The position numbers and the translations under genes were made by a program. Of a DNA stretch of 64,000 nucleotides, positions 46,610 through 56,615 are shown one piece after another. Positions within the stretch are counted from its first letter, which is position 1; each line of letters begins with the position of its first letter. The stretch lies in the IMG/VR virus record IMGVR_UViG_3300037067_008064, positions 192,001 through 256,000 of that record; one strand, written 5' to 3'. Under the pieces are notes generated by a model. That model was not told where the DNA came from. It made no database searches and saw only the letters and a program-made list of their open reading frames with translations. This DNA comes from a virus (taxonomy: Duplodnaviria > Heunggongvirae > Uroviricota > Caudoviricetes).

Positions 46610-48544
46610 ATGGAATTATTTAATACGGCACGTATTCGTTTTTTTGAATTATATAATGATGCAATTAGTTTTGTGTCACAAACATATACTAATTTAGGAA
46701 AACAATTTACAATGGCATCTCCTATGGGCCAATTATTACAAGTTATTCTTGGATTAGGAAGAATGATTATGTATTATATTGAAGATTCTATTACAGAACT
46801 CAATATTAATAAAGCATCTAGACCAGCAAGCATAAGAGGATTATCGGGATTAACAGGACATAATCCTTCAAGAGCAATGTCCGCGCGCGGTACACTTAAA
46901 ATAAGTTATAAACCAGGTTCATCATTAGATAGCACCATTGGTAACACTGTAATTATTCCTAAATATACTAGATTAATAAGTACACTTAATGGGTTAACTT
47001 ATACTATAATTTTACCGGGTGAAGAAGCAAGAATACAATTGAACAGCCCCACTAATTTTTTAAATGTTAATGTTGTACAAGGAGTATTAGAATATCAACA
47101 AGCAACTGGAACCGGTGATGCACTTCAATCTTTTAATTTTCAATCAAAAAAAGGAGCAAGTATAGATAACTTTTTTGTGAATATCTATGTTGATGGTAAA
47201 TTATGGTCAACATATGATTCAATAATGGATATGGTATTTAATGAACCTGGATGTATTATTAAAACAGGACAAACGGGTGGTGTTGATGTATTTTTTGGTA
47301 ATGGATATAATGGAAAAATACCTGTAAATGGTTCTATCATTATGTTAGAATATTTAATAACAGATGGAGATACTGGAAATATTAATACTAATGATGCAAA
47401 TATTATAAATAATTGGAAATTTATTACTAGTGGTTACACATTAAATGGAGAGCAAGTTGACTTAAATAAAATATTAAATGTTACAATACAAAGAGATATT
47501 TTATTTGGAACTGCAGATGAACCACTTTATTTAACAAGATTATTAACACCAAATGCTTCAAGGAGTTTTGTATTAGCAAATACAAATAATTATATTTATT
47601 TTTTAAGAAAACTTAATATATTTTCTATTATAGATGCTATACCTGGGTTTGATACTTTTAATGATAAATATTATTTAAATAAATATGTTATTGAAAAAAC
47701 TAAATTGGAACAATTAAATGAACAACTTTTAAAAACAAGAACGCAAACAGGAAATAATACAGAACAAATTGGTTTATTAGTAATAGCAATCAATGAACAA
47801 TCAATAGTTGTAAAAGGAATTGAAGCTATATTACAAGAACAAAAGAAAGATGATAATACGGTTTATTTATTTTTGGTTCCTGATATAAGTAAGCGTGTTA
47901 CTTCAGATGAAAATTATTATACTTGTAATATTAATACATTTAAATTATCTGATAATGAAAAACAAGCTATATTAGATTTAATTGAAGAAAGTGGTCAACG
48001 TGTTCTAACTGTTGACAATGCAATATTAGATATTTATTACCCAAGGTTTTCTATTAATATGTCATTAGTTGTTTATGAAGGATTTAACATAGATAATATC
48101 AAAGAAGATATTATTTCAAAAACCTCAGATTATTTTATTAAAAATACAAGAAGAGATAGAATTCCTAAATCTGATTTAATTAAAATTGTTGAAAATATAG
48201 AAGGAGTTGATTCTGTTAATATTTGGTTTGATGCTTCAAATTTAAATAAAAATATATATGGAGATTATAAATCTTATAACTTAATGGGTGTTGATAGAAA
48301 ATATGGATTAGATAAATATGGTGATATAATATTAGAAAGAATTGTATTAGATGCATTTAATAATGAAGTTGTTATAAGAGATATTTATCCTTTAATAAGA
48401 GGAGGGTTTGTTAATAAAAACGGTAAAAGATATAATGATTCAGTTTCTTCAACAGAAGTTGGTTCTATTAATATAGAAGTAAGAGCTACATCTAAAGTTG
48501 ATATTAATTCACTTAATAATATTGCAATTGTAAAATCAATATAA
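46610..48544 (+). CDS. Baseplate wedge subunit, T4 gp6-like
   Basis: 644 aa following gp25. ASRPASIRGLSGLTGHNP, VVQG, VFFGNGYNGKIP, EYLITDG..GN, VENIEGVDSV. Confidence 0.8.
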   Translation: MELFNTARIRFFELYNDAISFVSQTYTNLGKQFTMASPMGQLLQVILGLGRMIMYYIEDSITELNINKASRPASIRGLSGLTGHNPSRAMSARGTLKISYKPGSSLDSTIGNTVIIPKYTRLISTLNGLTYTIILPGEEARIQLNSPTNFLNVNVVQGVLEYQQATGTGDALQSFNFQSKKGASIDNFFVNIYVDGKLWSTYDSIMDMVFNEPGCIIKTGQTGGVDVFFGNGYNGKIPVNGSIIMLEYLITDGDTGNINTNDANIINNWKFITSGYTLNGEQVDLNKILNVTIQRDILFGTADEPLYLTRLLTPNASRSFVLANTNNYIYFLRKLNIFSIIDAIPGFDTFNDKYYLNKYVIEKTKLEQLNEQLLKTRTQTGNNTEQIGLLVIAINEQSIVVKGIEAILQEQKKDDNTVYLFLVPDISKRVTSDENYYTCNINTFKLSDNEKQAILDLIEESGQRVLTVDNAILDIYYPRFSINMSLVVYEGFNIDNIKEDIISKTSDYFIKNTRRDRIPKSDLIKIVENIEGVDSVNIWFDASNLNKNIYGDYKSYNLMGVDRKYGLDKYGDIILERIVLDAFNNEVVIRDIYPLIRGGFVNKNGKRYNDSVSSTEVGSINIEVRATSKVDINSLNNIAIVKSI

Positions 48545-48547
48545 CAT

Positions 48548-48817
48548 ATGCCATTAAATAATTCAAAAAGATATACTATTAGAGCTTCTTATAATTATAG
48601 AGGGAAACATATTAATGATAATTTTTTAAACTTGGGTTATAATTATAAAGGAAACATTCTTAAAAAAATGACATCACCAGAATTATGGTCTAATCCTTTG
48701 CAAATTCCAATGTATAAACAATTAGAATCAATGATAACTTATCTTTTAGAATATGTAAAAGAAATAAAAAAGAGCTATTCAATTGCTCATGATAAAAATA
48801 CTACTCGTATAAATTAA
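48548..48817 (+). CDS. Small hypothetical baseplate-operon protein
   Basis: 89-aa ORF tightly coupled to the gp6-like gene. Confidence 0.6.
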   Translation: MPLNNSKRYTIRASYNYRGKHINDNFLNLGYNYKGNILKKMTSPELWSNPLQIPMYKQLESMITYLLEYVKEIKKSYSIAHDKNTTRIN

Positions 48818-48821
48818 TAAT

Positions 48822-49466
48822 ATGAAACAGTTTCACTACACATATAAAACAACTAACTTAATTAATAATAAACAATATGTTGGGGATCATTCAACTAATA
48901 ATTTAGATGATGGATATTTAGGAAGTGGTTGTTTATTAATTAAAGCTATTAAAAAATATGGTAAACAAAATTTTAAGAAAGAAATACTAGAACAATTTAA
49001 TACAAGAATTGAAGCTTCAAAAACCCAGATTAAATATATAAATGAACTCAATACAATTTATCCTAATGGTTATAATTTAAGTCCTACTGGTGGAACTGAT
49101 ACGCTTCCTTTTGGAGAACAATCAGAAGAAACAAAAAGAAAGATAAGTAAAAAAAACAAAGGTAAATTAAAAACAGAAGAAACTAAAAGAAAAATAAGTG
49201 AATCTAAAAAAGGAAGTAATCCTTGGAATAAAGGAATAACTTTATCAGAAGAACATAAAAGAAAATTAAGTGAATCGCATAAAGGAAAATTGTGTTCTAG
49301 TGAAACAAAAGAAAAAATGAGTATTTATAGAAAAGGAAGACCTCTTTCTGATGAACACAAAATTAATATAAGTAAGGCTCGAAAAGGAGAAAATAATCCA
49401 ATGTATGGAAAAATACCCTGGAACAAAGGATTAAAATATAGTAAAATATTTAAATATAATAAATGA
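48822..49466 (+). CDS. Free-standing GIY-YIG homing endonuclease (Seg-like, NUMOD3 repeats)
   Basis: [25 protein letters not shown]; [13 protein letters not shown] and GENNPMYGK motifs. Confidence 0.9.
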   Translation: MKQFHYTYKTTNLINNKQYVGDHSTNNLDDGYLGSGCLLIKAIKKYGKQNFKKEILEQFNTRIEASKTQIKYINELNTIYPNGYNLSPTGGTDTLPFGEQSEETKRKISKKNKGKLKTEETKRKISESKKGSNPWNKGITLSEEHKRKLSESHKGKLCSSETKEKMSIYRKGRPLSDEHKINISKARKGENNPMYGKIPWNKGLKYSKIFKYNK

Positions 49467-52400
49467 ACTTTCAAAACTGGAAAATATTTGATAAACAAGG
49501 AAATAATTTAAACTGGTATTCAATTGAATTTCTGCCATTAAAATTTAATAGTTTAATAGGCACAAATGCAGATGGTTATTTAATAACAGATACCAGTACA
49601 CATATAGTAGATTCTATTATAACTAATAAAGGGTGGGGGTATGATAATAATACAACTGTCTTTTATTCTAATTTAACAACATCACCAGATTTTATTTCTT
49701 TATCATCTAGTGAAGTAAGTATTTTTTATGAACCCGTTCAAATATTTAACCCCGATGCTTCAACATCACAAGGAATTAGTTATTTAAATACTAATATATC
49801 AGGAGATTTTCTATATCCATCAACTAAATATAGTGGAACAATATTTATGAAACCTATTTCACAGGGATTAGTTGAAACTGAAACGTTATATATAATTGAA
49901 GAATCACTTGGTCAACTTATTAGACCTTATGATGCTAGCAATTATACTATTGTTTTAAGAATGGATGGTGATGATAATGAAATAGCTTTTTTTGAAGTAG
50001 ATGAATATGAAGATGAAATAAGCTGGTCAGATTCTATTGTAATAGATGATTTAAATACTTTAGTTAGTAATGACCCTCTTATTATAAACATTGGATTTAG
50101 AGCTGATAATGAAGGTGTATTTGAAAGAAGATTAAAAATGTATCATAAGGTAGGTGATATAGAATATTTGTTTGCTGAAATTATAATTAATGCAGAATCA
50201 ATCGGACAAGATGAAAGATTTAGAACATTATTAACTAATTTTGGTTTGCCTGACCCTATTAATTTTCCTAGTTTATTCAAAGAAGCTAATATTAAAGAAG
50301 GTTTACCTGATTGGAAATTGATAAATAATAAATCCAAGTTAATGATATTAGAACATGCTAACATTATACCTTTTATTGGAACATATAAAGGTTTAATAAA
50401 CGCAATCAAATGGCTTGGATATGAAGATATTTATGTAAAAGAATGGTATAATAATTTAAAAACTGGTAAAAAAGATGCTTTATATATTTCATATGATGCC
50501 AAAGATAGATCAAAAACTCTATTAATGATACCATTAGAAAATAGAAAATATTTAAAGAAAACAAATGCACTATCATTATGTTATTGTATAACAAAAGAAA
50601 CAGGTGAACTCGATGATTGGGGAACTCCTCTTACAGAAAATTGTTATACATATTCAATTAATGAAATACTTATAAAGTTAATGGCTTTAAAAGATTGGTT
50701 AGAACGTTATATCATTGGAGTTAACTGTAGAATTGTAGATATTTCAGGCGAAGGAGTTTATTTTGAACGTTTTAGAAATTTAATTTATGCAACTAATAAT
50801 ATTGGTAATTTAGTTAATTATGAAATTCCATTAAGTGCAAACACAATATATGATAAAACTGAATTACTTAATGGTGAAGCAAGCATTTATTCAACAATAA
50901 AAGAATTAACTAACATTACAGCAAATGATTTGTTTTATCATCGTGCTATTGATTTTATTGATTATGTATGGGACCCAAGTAATGGTGTAAGAACTGCGGA
51001 TCCTTCATTTTTAGAAGACCCAAGTGTAATACGTGTTGGTGGAACCGCTCGTTTTCCTATTCCATTTTTACAAGAAATACAATGGAAACATTCTTTAAAT
51101 AAACCAAATGCCGTTATTCCAATAGAATTAGTTTCAAATCAATTACTTGTTTATGATAATGATTTAAGATTTAATAATATATTAGATGTAAGTTCATTAT
51201 TTTATGATACATCAACTAACCTTATTATTCTTTTAGAAAATGCAACATTAAGAGACCCAAACAATGATGTGTGGATTGATTCAATAGATTTTTCTATTTA
51301 CATTGACCCTTCATATAACGGAGCTTATTGGCTAGAAAGTTCATTGGGTGTTAAAAAAGAATTTAGTGGATATGTAATGTTGAGACGTGATACCAATTTT
51401 AAATTAGAATATGCTTATGATGATAATTATAAAGTTCCATTATTAAGTATACAAAATTTTAAATATACTGATGTAAGCGGGAACACAATAGTTGTAAGTA
51501 AAAGATATTTTTTAGATATTATTGATGGTAAAATAGTAATGAATGCTAATAATGGACAAACATATAAACTAAATTTTAATTATGATACAAGTTTAAGTGA
51601 ACAAATGATTTCGCTTGATGTTGAATATTTATCTCCAAGAGAATTATTATATTTGTATGATCCATCAGTTTATTATTTTGGTGGTGCAAATGACCCAAGC
51701 GTTTTAATAGTAGATAATAGTATATATAAATCTACAGTATATGATATTGGAAATTATAATGTTGAACTATATGCTTTTGACGGTTATAATAATATTTATT
51801 ATTCAAAAGATAGAGACTTATTTAATGTTTGGATTAAATATCCAACTATTTATGCCTATATAGATGTGTCATGTAATAACACATGTTCAAGTACTTATAT
51901 GCTAATGAATGATGTAAGCATATTAATTAGTCAAAACAAATACCCATTGTTCGATAGAATAATTCCATTACAAGGTTTAACCATAGAAATAAATGAATTT
52001 GGAAATCCTTTTGTTGTTGTGCCTAGTTTATCGTATTTTGTTGATTTGCCAGAATTATATACATATAACAGATTTTGGAATTTAACCGAGCGTTGCACTA
52101 GTATTAATTCTACATATGTTACAATTGATAAAGACTTTGAAGATTTTATAGTTGGAGATGAAGTTAATTTAGTTAAATTTAATAGAGAACATTATTATTT
52201 TGTATTACAAGCTAGTACTTATATTACTGATGTAAGTAATAATAAACTAACATTGGATAACATATTATCTGATTTTATATTAACAGATAATAAATTTGAA
52301 ATATATCTTCAGAATATTACTGAACGTGGTGTTGAAAATATTATAAATCATAATACAACAATTGAAGTTGATATAAGTAGTTATACATTTAGAGAAACAC

Positions 52401-53146
52401 AAATGATAGCTTTATTAGTTAGAGATTTATGTACCAATTATACATGGGGTTCATCATATAGAATTCTTGATATTTCAGCAAATGGATATACATATACATT
52501 AGATGGGCCTATTCCACAAATATTTATTGATGCATCATATAGATATGATATTAAAGCAAAACATGCATTCACAACATTTACTGATTTTCAATTTGATATT
52601 AATGTTTCGACATATGAATTTAATAATAATTTCTATATTAAATTAAATGATACTTGTTCACAAGAACTTTATTTTGATAATACATTTGTAACAGCTAATA
52701 TAGATTTTGACCACGATAAAGTAATACAACAATGGTATGATGTATCAGATAATTTAATTAATGTAAATTTTTATAAATTTAAAACACCAATTAATGTTGA
52801 TATAAGTACATTAGTTATTTTAAAATCTGAATTTGACCCAAGTTCTTATTTAATAAATCAAAAGAATATATGGACTATAAGATATCATGATACGCAGAAA
52901 AAACTTATGAGAGTATTTAATTATGCTGTACCATATATTTATGATGAACAAAATGTATATGATATATATGTTGATTCATATGATAGAAGAGGAAATTTAA
53001 TATCACAAAAACAAGAAGGATTAATTATTGTTAATGATGCGGATGTAAGTACGGGTTCATATAATGAAACTGGTATCTTTATTATAGACCCAAGTTTATT
53101 AGTTTTAACAAAAATTAATTTAAAAAATAACTTAGTATTAGATTAA
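49463..53146 (+). CDS. Large baseplate wedge-type structural protein (gp7/P2 gpI-like core plus extensions)
   Basis: [16 protein letters not shown] resembles the KGT...I..L motif of gpI/gp7-like proteins; baseplate operon context; about 28 D-x-S motifs. Confidence 0.6.
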   Translation: MNFQNWKIFDKQGNNLNWYSIEFLPLKFNSLIGTNADGYLITDTSTHIVDSIITNKGWGYDNNTTVFYSNLTTSPDFISLSSSEVSIFYEPVQIFNPDASTSQGISYLNTNISGDFLYPSTKYSGTIFMKPISQGLVETETLYIIEESLGQLIRPYDASNYTIVLRMDGDDNEIAFFEVDEYEDEISWSDSIVIDDLNTLVSNDPLIINIGFRADNEGVFERRLKMYHKVGDIEYLFAEIIINAESIGQDERFRTLLTNFGLPDPINFPSLFKEANIKEGLPDWKLINNKSKLMILEHANIIPFIGTYKGLINAIKWLGYEDIYVKEWYNNLKTGKKDALYISYDAKDRSKTLLMIPLENRKYLKKTNALSLCYCITKETGELDDWGTPLTENCYTYSINEILIKLMALKDWLERYIIGVNCRIVDISGEGVYFERFRNLIYATNNIGNLVNYEIPLSANTIYDKTELLNGEASIYSTIKELTNITANDLFYHRAIDFIDYVWDPSNGVRTADPSFLEDPSVIRVGGTARFPIPFLQEIQWKHSLNKPNAVIPIELVSNQLLVYDNDLRFNNILDVSSLFYDTSTNLIILLENATLRDPNNDVWIDSIDFSIYIDPSYNGAYWLESSLGVKKEFSGYVMLRRDTNFKLEYAYDDNYKVPLLSIQNFKYTDVSGNTIVVSKRYFLDIIDGKIVMNANNGQTYKLNFNYDTSLSEQMISLDVEYLSPRELLYLYDPSVYYFGGANDPSVLIVDNSIYKSTVYDIGNYNVELYAFDGYNNIYYSKDRDLFNVWIKYPTIYAYIDVSCNNTCSSTYMLMNDVSILISQNKYPLFDRIIPLQGLTIEINEFGNPFVVVPSLSYFVDLPELYTYNRFWNLTERCTSINSTYVTIDKDFEDFIVGDEVNLVKFNREHYYFVLQASTYITDVSNNKLTLDNILSDFILTDNKFEIYLQNITERGVENIINHNTTIEVDISSYTFRETQMIALLVRDLCTNYTWGSSYRILDISANGYTYTLDGPIPQIFIDASYRYDIKAKHAFTTFTDFQFDINVSTYEFNNNFYIKLNDTCSQELYFDNTFVTANIDFDHDKVIQQWYDVSDNLINVNFYKFKTPINVDISTLVILKSEFDPSSYLINQKNIWTIRYHDTQKKLMRVFNYAVPYIYDEQNVYDIYVDSYDRRGNLISQKQEGLIIVNDADVSTGSYNETGIFIIDPSLLVLTKINLKNNLVLD

Positions 53147-53175
53147 GTCATATAAGTATAAAATAAATAATTAAT

Positions 53176-53400
53176 ATGAAAGCAAAATCAATAAATGAAA
53201 GCACTAATAATATTCGAGATATACTACCAACAATGGTTCGTGTTTCTAATAATTCACAATTAACTAATATGGCTGCAAATTATATTCAAAATAATTTAAC
53301 ATCTGTTGAATTTGAAAATTTTAGACAATGGTTAAAAATAGTTGAACGCCACACAATTGAAGCTGAACAAAAAAATAGTAGACTTTATAGACAATATTAA
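53176..53400 (+). CDS. Small hypothetical protein, putative internal head protein
   Basis: Begins MKAKSINES. Confidence 0.65.
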   Translation: MKAKSINESTNNIRDILPTMVRVSNNSQLTNMAANYIQNNLTSVEFENFRQWLKIVERHTIEAEQKNSRLYRQY

Positions 53401-53474
53401 TATAATTTAAAACTATTATTATATAAAGTAATAAAAAACAAATATAAATAATTCACATTTTACAAAAATAATTT

Positions 53475-54434
53475 ATGCAAAGGGTTAACTACAAAACCTA
53501 CGAAGAAATATCCGGAATAAACTTTGTTGATACATTTGGTGAAATACCAAAGTCAATTATGAAATTCAAAAAATCAGATGAACTTATGAAACTAATTGAG
53601 TTCGATGATTTTGAATTTGGAAAAGTTACAAATGAAAAAACCAACAAACCATTATTTGGTTTTGAAGATGAGGTTTCACAAGAATTTAATAAAGCAAAAC
53701 CAAAGGGCGGAGGTTATGCAAAGAATCTTAGATATTCAATTTATAATCCAAACCAAGCTAAATTTATTATAGAGTATTACACAAGAGAAGGTGACTTAAT
53801 ATTAGACCCTTTCATGGGTCGTGCAACTAGACCAATGGTATCTATGTTTTTAAATAGAAGTTATATTGGTTTTGATACATGCGAACAAACTGTAAATAGT
53901 AATACAGAATTATTAAGAAGTAAATTTCCAAATAAACCACCAAATATAGATTGGAAATTATATCATGGTGATGGTATATATTTAAAAGAATTATTTGAAC
54001 TTCATCCCAATTCATTTTTTCATGGTGTTCCAATGTTTGACGCTGTATTTACATGTCCACCTTATTACGATATTGAAACATATTCAGGTGAAGAAGGTGA
54101 TTTAAGTTATTTAAGTCATGAAGAATTTAATAATAGAATTGATATTCTTTTTGGTAATCTTTATAAATTAATTAAACCAAGTTCATATGCAACTAAAGAA
54201 TTTCATCCTGTTATATTTACAGTTGGTTCATTTAGAAAAAGTAATGAAGGTCTTTTAGATATGGATTATGTGTTTCAACAATTAGCATATAAACATGGAT
54301 TTGTATTACATGATAAACTCTTTACAGAAAATATAACGCCGGGTGCTGGGTTTACATTTAGAAGAAATTATATTCATAAATTTGTTTGTAAAAATTATGA
54401 AACAACATTAGTATTTTTAAAATATAAAACATAG
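53475..54434 (+). CDS. Amino (N6-A/N4-C) DNA methyltransferase-like protein
   Basis: Motif I ILDPFMGRATR, YIGFD, and a motif IV variant FTCPPYYDIE. Confidence 0.8.
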   Translation: MQRVNYKTYEEISGINFVDTFGEIPKSIMKFKKSDELMKLIEFDDFEFGKVTNEKTNKPLFGFEDEVSQEFNKAKPKGGGYAKNLRYSIYNPNQAKFIIEYYTREGDLILDPFMGRATRPMVSMFLNRSYIGFDTCEQTVNSNTELLRSKFPNKPPNIDWKLYHGDGIYLKELFELHPNSFFHGVPMFDAVFTCPPYYDIETYSGEEGDLSYLSHEEFNNRIDILFGNLYKLIKPSSYATKEFHPVIFTVGSFRKSNEGLLDMDYVFQQLAYKHGFVLHDKLFTENITPGAGFTFRRNYIHKFVCKNYETTLVFLKYKT

Positions 54435-54448
54435 AAAGGAAAGTAAAT

Positions 54449-54580
54449 ATGATTAAATGGTGGTGGCTAATAGTAGAATTTGTAGTACTCTTTTTTGGAT
54501 TCGTCTTTATTTTTGTTTCCCCGAAAGAATTTTTTAGTAAAGATTTTTGGGTATCAAGAAAAAATAGAAAACATGAGTAA
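54449..54580 (+). CDS. 43-aa single-pass membrane peptide (not in the ORF track)
   Basis: MIKWWWLIVEFVVLFFGFVFIFVSPKEFFSKDFWVSRKNRKHE*. It fills the gap and overlaps the next ATG. Confidence 0.55.
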   Translation: MIKWWWLIVEFVVLFFGFVFIFVSPKEFFSKDFWVSRKNRKHE

Positions 54581-54908
54581 GACAATAATAGATGACGATG
54601 TTTTTTATGAATTACAGAGAATGTGTATTAAAAGAAACATTAGTGTAGATAAAGTAATTACAGATTTAATAAAAACTTTTATAATGAAAAACTTAAATTA
54701 TGATCCTAATTTTGTAGAAGGACTTAATATATTAAAAAAATATGAACCTAATCCAAGAATTAATAATATGGGTGATGGTGAATTTTATGTTGGTGATATG
54801 AATATTTGGGAATACACCATCACTAAAAAAGATTTAAATGAATTAGAAAAACTCGGTTTTAGATGGTATGATGAAGCCGAATGTTTATTGTTTGAAACAC
54901 ATAAATAA
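54573..54908 (+). CDS. Hypothetical protein with a ribbon-helix-helix-like N-terminus (start revised)
   Basis: MSKTIIDDDVFYELQRMCIKRNISVDKVITDLIKTFI fits a CopG/RHH pattern. Confidence 0.5.
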   Translation: MSKTIIDDDVFYELQRMCIKRNISVDKVITDLIKTFIMKNLNYDPNFVEGLNILKKYEPNPRINNMGDGEFYVGDMNIWEYTITKKDLNELEKLGFRWYDEAECLLFETHK

Positions 54909-54915
54909 ATATAAT

Positions 54916-55248
54916 ATGAAAACAATTATAAATAAATTAAAAATAGGTGATAAATATATAATCCCATGCGGAACAAAATTGTGGTTTATTGATTTACAAC
55001 AATCATTGATAACAACAAAAAAATATGTAATTGAAGTTACACATACAGTGTCAATAAATGATACATCATTTTTTGGTGATTTATATGAAATAACATTTGA
55101 AGGAATGGAGATTCCAGGATTACGAAAAATACTTCATGGTGAAACAGAAAGTGATTTATCAATTGTAGAACCACTTGGTGATATATTAAAACCAAACCTA
55201 TTAACATATAATTACGATAAATTAAAAACATATGATGCAAACAATTAA
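54916..55248 (+). CDS. Hypothetical protein (start revised to MKTIINK)
   Basis: A-rich leader before the ATG at 54916. Confidence 0.6.
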   Translation: MKTIINKLKIGDKYIIPCGTKLWFIDLQQSLITTKKYVIEVTHTVSINDTSFFGDLYEITFEGMEIPGLRKILHGETESDLSIVEPLGDILKPNLLTYNYDKLKTYDANN

Positions 55249-55588
55249 AATATCGTTGCTTAAAAAAGAATCTGAAATTAATGAGGAAACAAGTAAAGCT
55301 GAGTACATAAAACTTCTTACATCAACAATAGATTGTACTAAGATTAAATCAGCTCAATTGCAAGAAATCCCAGTATTATGTCAAGAAATCTTCGATGAAA
55401 TGCAAACATATGAATTACAATATGTGCCAACACATGTAGGTGTATGGATAGAATATACTAATGGAAACAAAATAGAAAATGCAATAGAATTAAGTGTATT
55501 AAATTCTATTGAAAAATATGGAGATCAAATTAAAAAACCATTTGCTGAATTTTTTAATTGGACAATTGAAAACCCAAAAAATAATTAA
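55232..55588 (+). CDS. Hypothetical protein
   Basis: ORF packing. Confidence 0.6.
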   Translation: MMQTIKISLLKKESEINEETSKAEYIKLLTSTIDCTKIKSAQLQEIPVLCQEIFDEMQTYELQYVPTHVGVWIEYTNGNKIENAIELSVLNSIEKYGDQIKKPFAEFFNWTIENPKNN

Positions 55589-55592
55589 ATAT

Positions 55593-55814
55593 ATGACAAT
55601 TTATATTAGTGGAAATTTAAAATTTAATTTTACAGAAGAAGATATACTTGAAGAAAATTGGTACCCAGCTTCTAATGAAGAAAGACTTGAATTTATAAAA
55701 GGAAAAATTAATCAATATATTATAGAAAATATAGATGATATATTAGATGATAAAAATCAAAGTGAAATAGTTTATAGTTGGTCTGGAACTTGTGGAATAA
55801 GTGTGAAAGCTTAA
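55593..55814 (+). CDS. Hypothetical acidic protein (start revised to MTIYISG)
   Basis: ATG follows the previous stop by 4 nt. Confidence 0.55.
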   Translation: MTIYISGNLKFNFTEEDILEENWYPASNEERLEFIKGKINQYIIENIDDILDDKNQSEIVYSWSGTCGISVKA

Positions 55815-55883
55815 TATGGAATATTTTAAATAAAACATTAGCGTACCGCCGTGTGAATTTAATTTTAAATATATAATATAAAA

Positions 55884-56615
55884 ATGCAAAATTATTATAC
55901 TTATAAATTATATTTGCCAGAAACTAAAGAATATTATTTTGGGTCAAGAGTTTCTTTAATAATCCCATTCGAAGATAATAAATATTTAGGTTCAATGTGT
56001 ATATGGAAACCAGATAAATCAAAATTACAAAAAGAAATTTTAGGAATCTGGAATTCAAAAGAAGAAGCAATATTAGAAGAAGCAAAATTAATTAAAGAAC
56101 ATATTAAAGACCCTTTAAATAAAAATTATCATATACCAAATTTAACTTTTAATTTATACACAAGGACTTCAAAAAAATATTGTGTTGAAACTTATGGAGA
56201 AGAAAAAGGATTAGAAAGATATAATAATATATGTAAAAAAAGAACTAAAACTAGAATTAAAAAAGATAATTATAAATGTTCTAATGAAACTAAAATTAAA
56301 ATTAGTAATTCTTTAAAAGGTAATAAACCACATAATACAGGTAAACAATTATCTGAAGAATGGAAAAATTCTATAAGTAAAACATGGCATTCAGATAAAA
56401 GAATGAAAGTAATGAGTTCAAAAGAATATAAAAATAAAATGAGTAAATCATTGTCTGGTGAAAAAAATCCCATGTATAAAAAATCTATATATGATGTTTG
56501 GTTAAAAAAATACGGTAAAGAAGAAGCTAATAAAAGATATACAATTTGGATAAATAATAAAAAAGGGCAAATTCCTTGGAATAAAAATATTAATAAAACT
56601 AAAATTAATGAATAA
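55884..56615 (+). CDS. Divergent GIY-YIG homing endonuclease
   Basis: YYTYKLY...YYFGSR...YLGS...EEAILEE...NY; ETKIKIS, GEKNPMY and IPWNK motifs. Confidence 0.8.
   Translation: MQNYYTYKLYLPETKEYYFGSRVSLIIPFEDNKYLGSMCIWKPDKSKLQKEILGIWNSKEEAILEEAKLIKEHIKDPLNKNYHIPNLTFNLYTRTSKKYCVETYGEEKGLERYNNICKKRTKTRIKKDNYKCSNETKIKISNSLKGNKPHNTGKQLSEEWKNSISKTWHSDKRMKVMSSKEYKNKMSKSLSGEKNPMYKKSIYDVWLKKYGKEEANKRYTIWINNKKGQIPWNKNINKTKINE

Noticed and set aside
48548-49466. Group I intron housing the endonuclease (also considered for the other endonucleases)
   Set aside because: Only a few bases flank the ORF, leaving no room for a ribozyme core, and the neighbours have their own starts and stops.
2505-53146. D-x-S explained by the host Bacteroidota O-glycosylation sequon
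   Set aside because: That sequon has S/T directly after Asp and acts on exported proteins. Here Ser is at +2 (DVS, DAS, DPS) in proteins without signal peptides.
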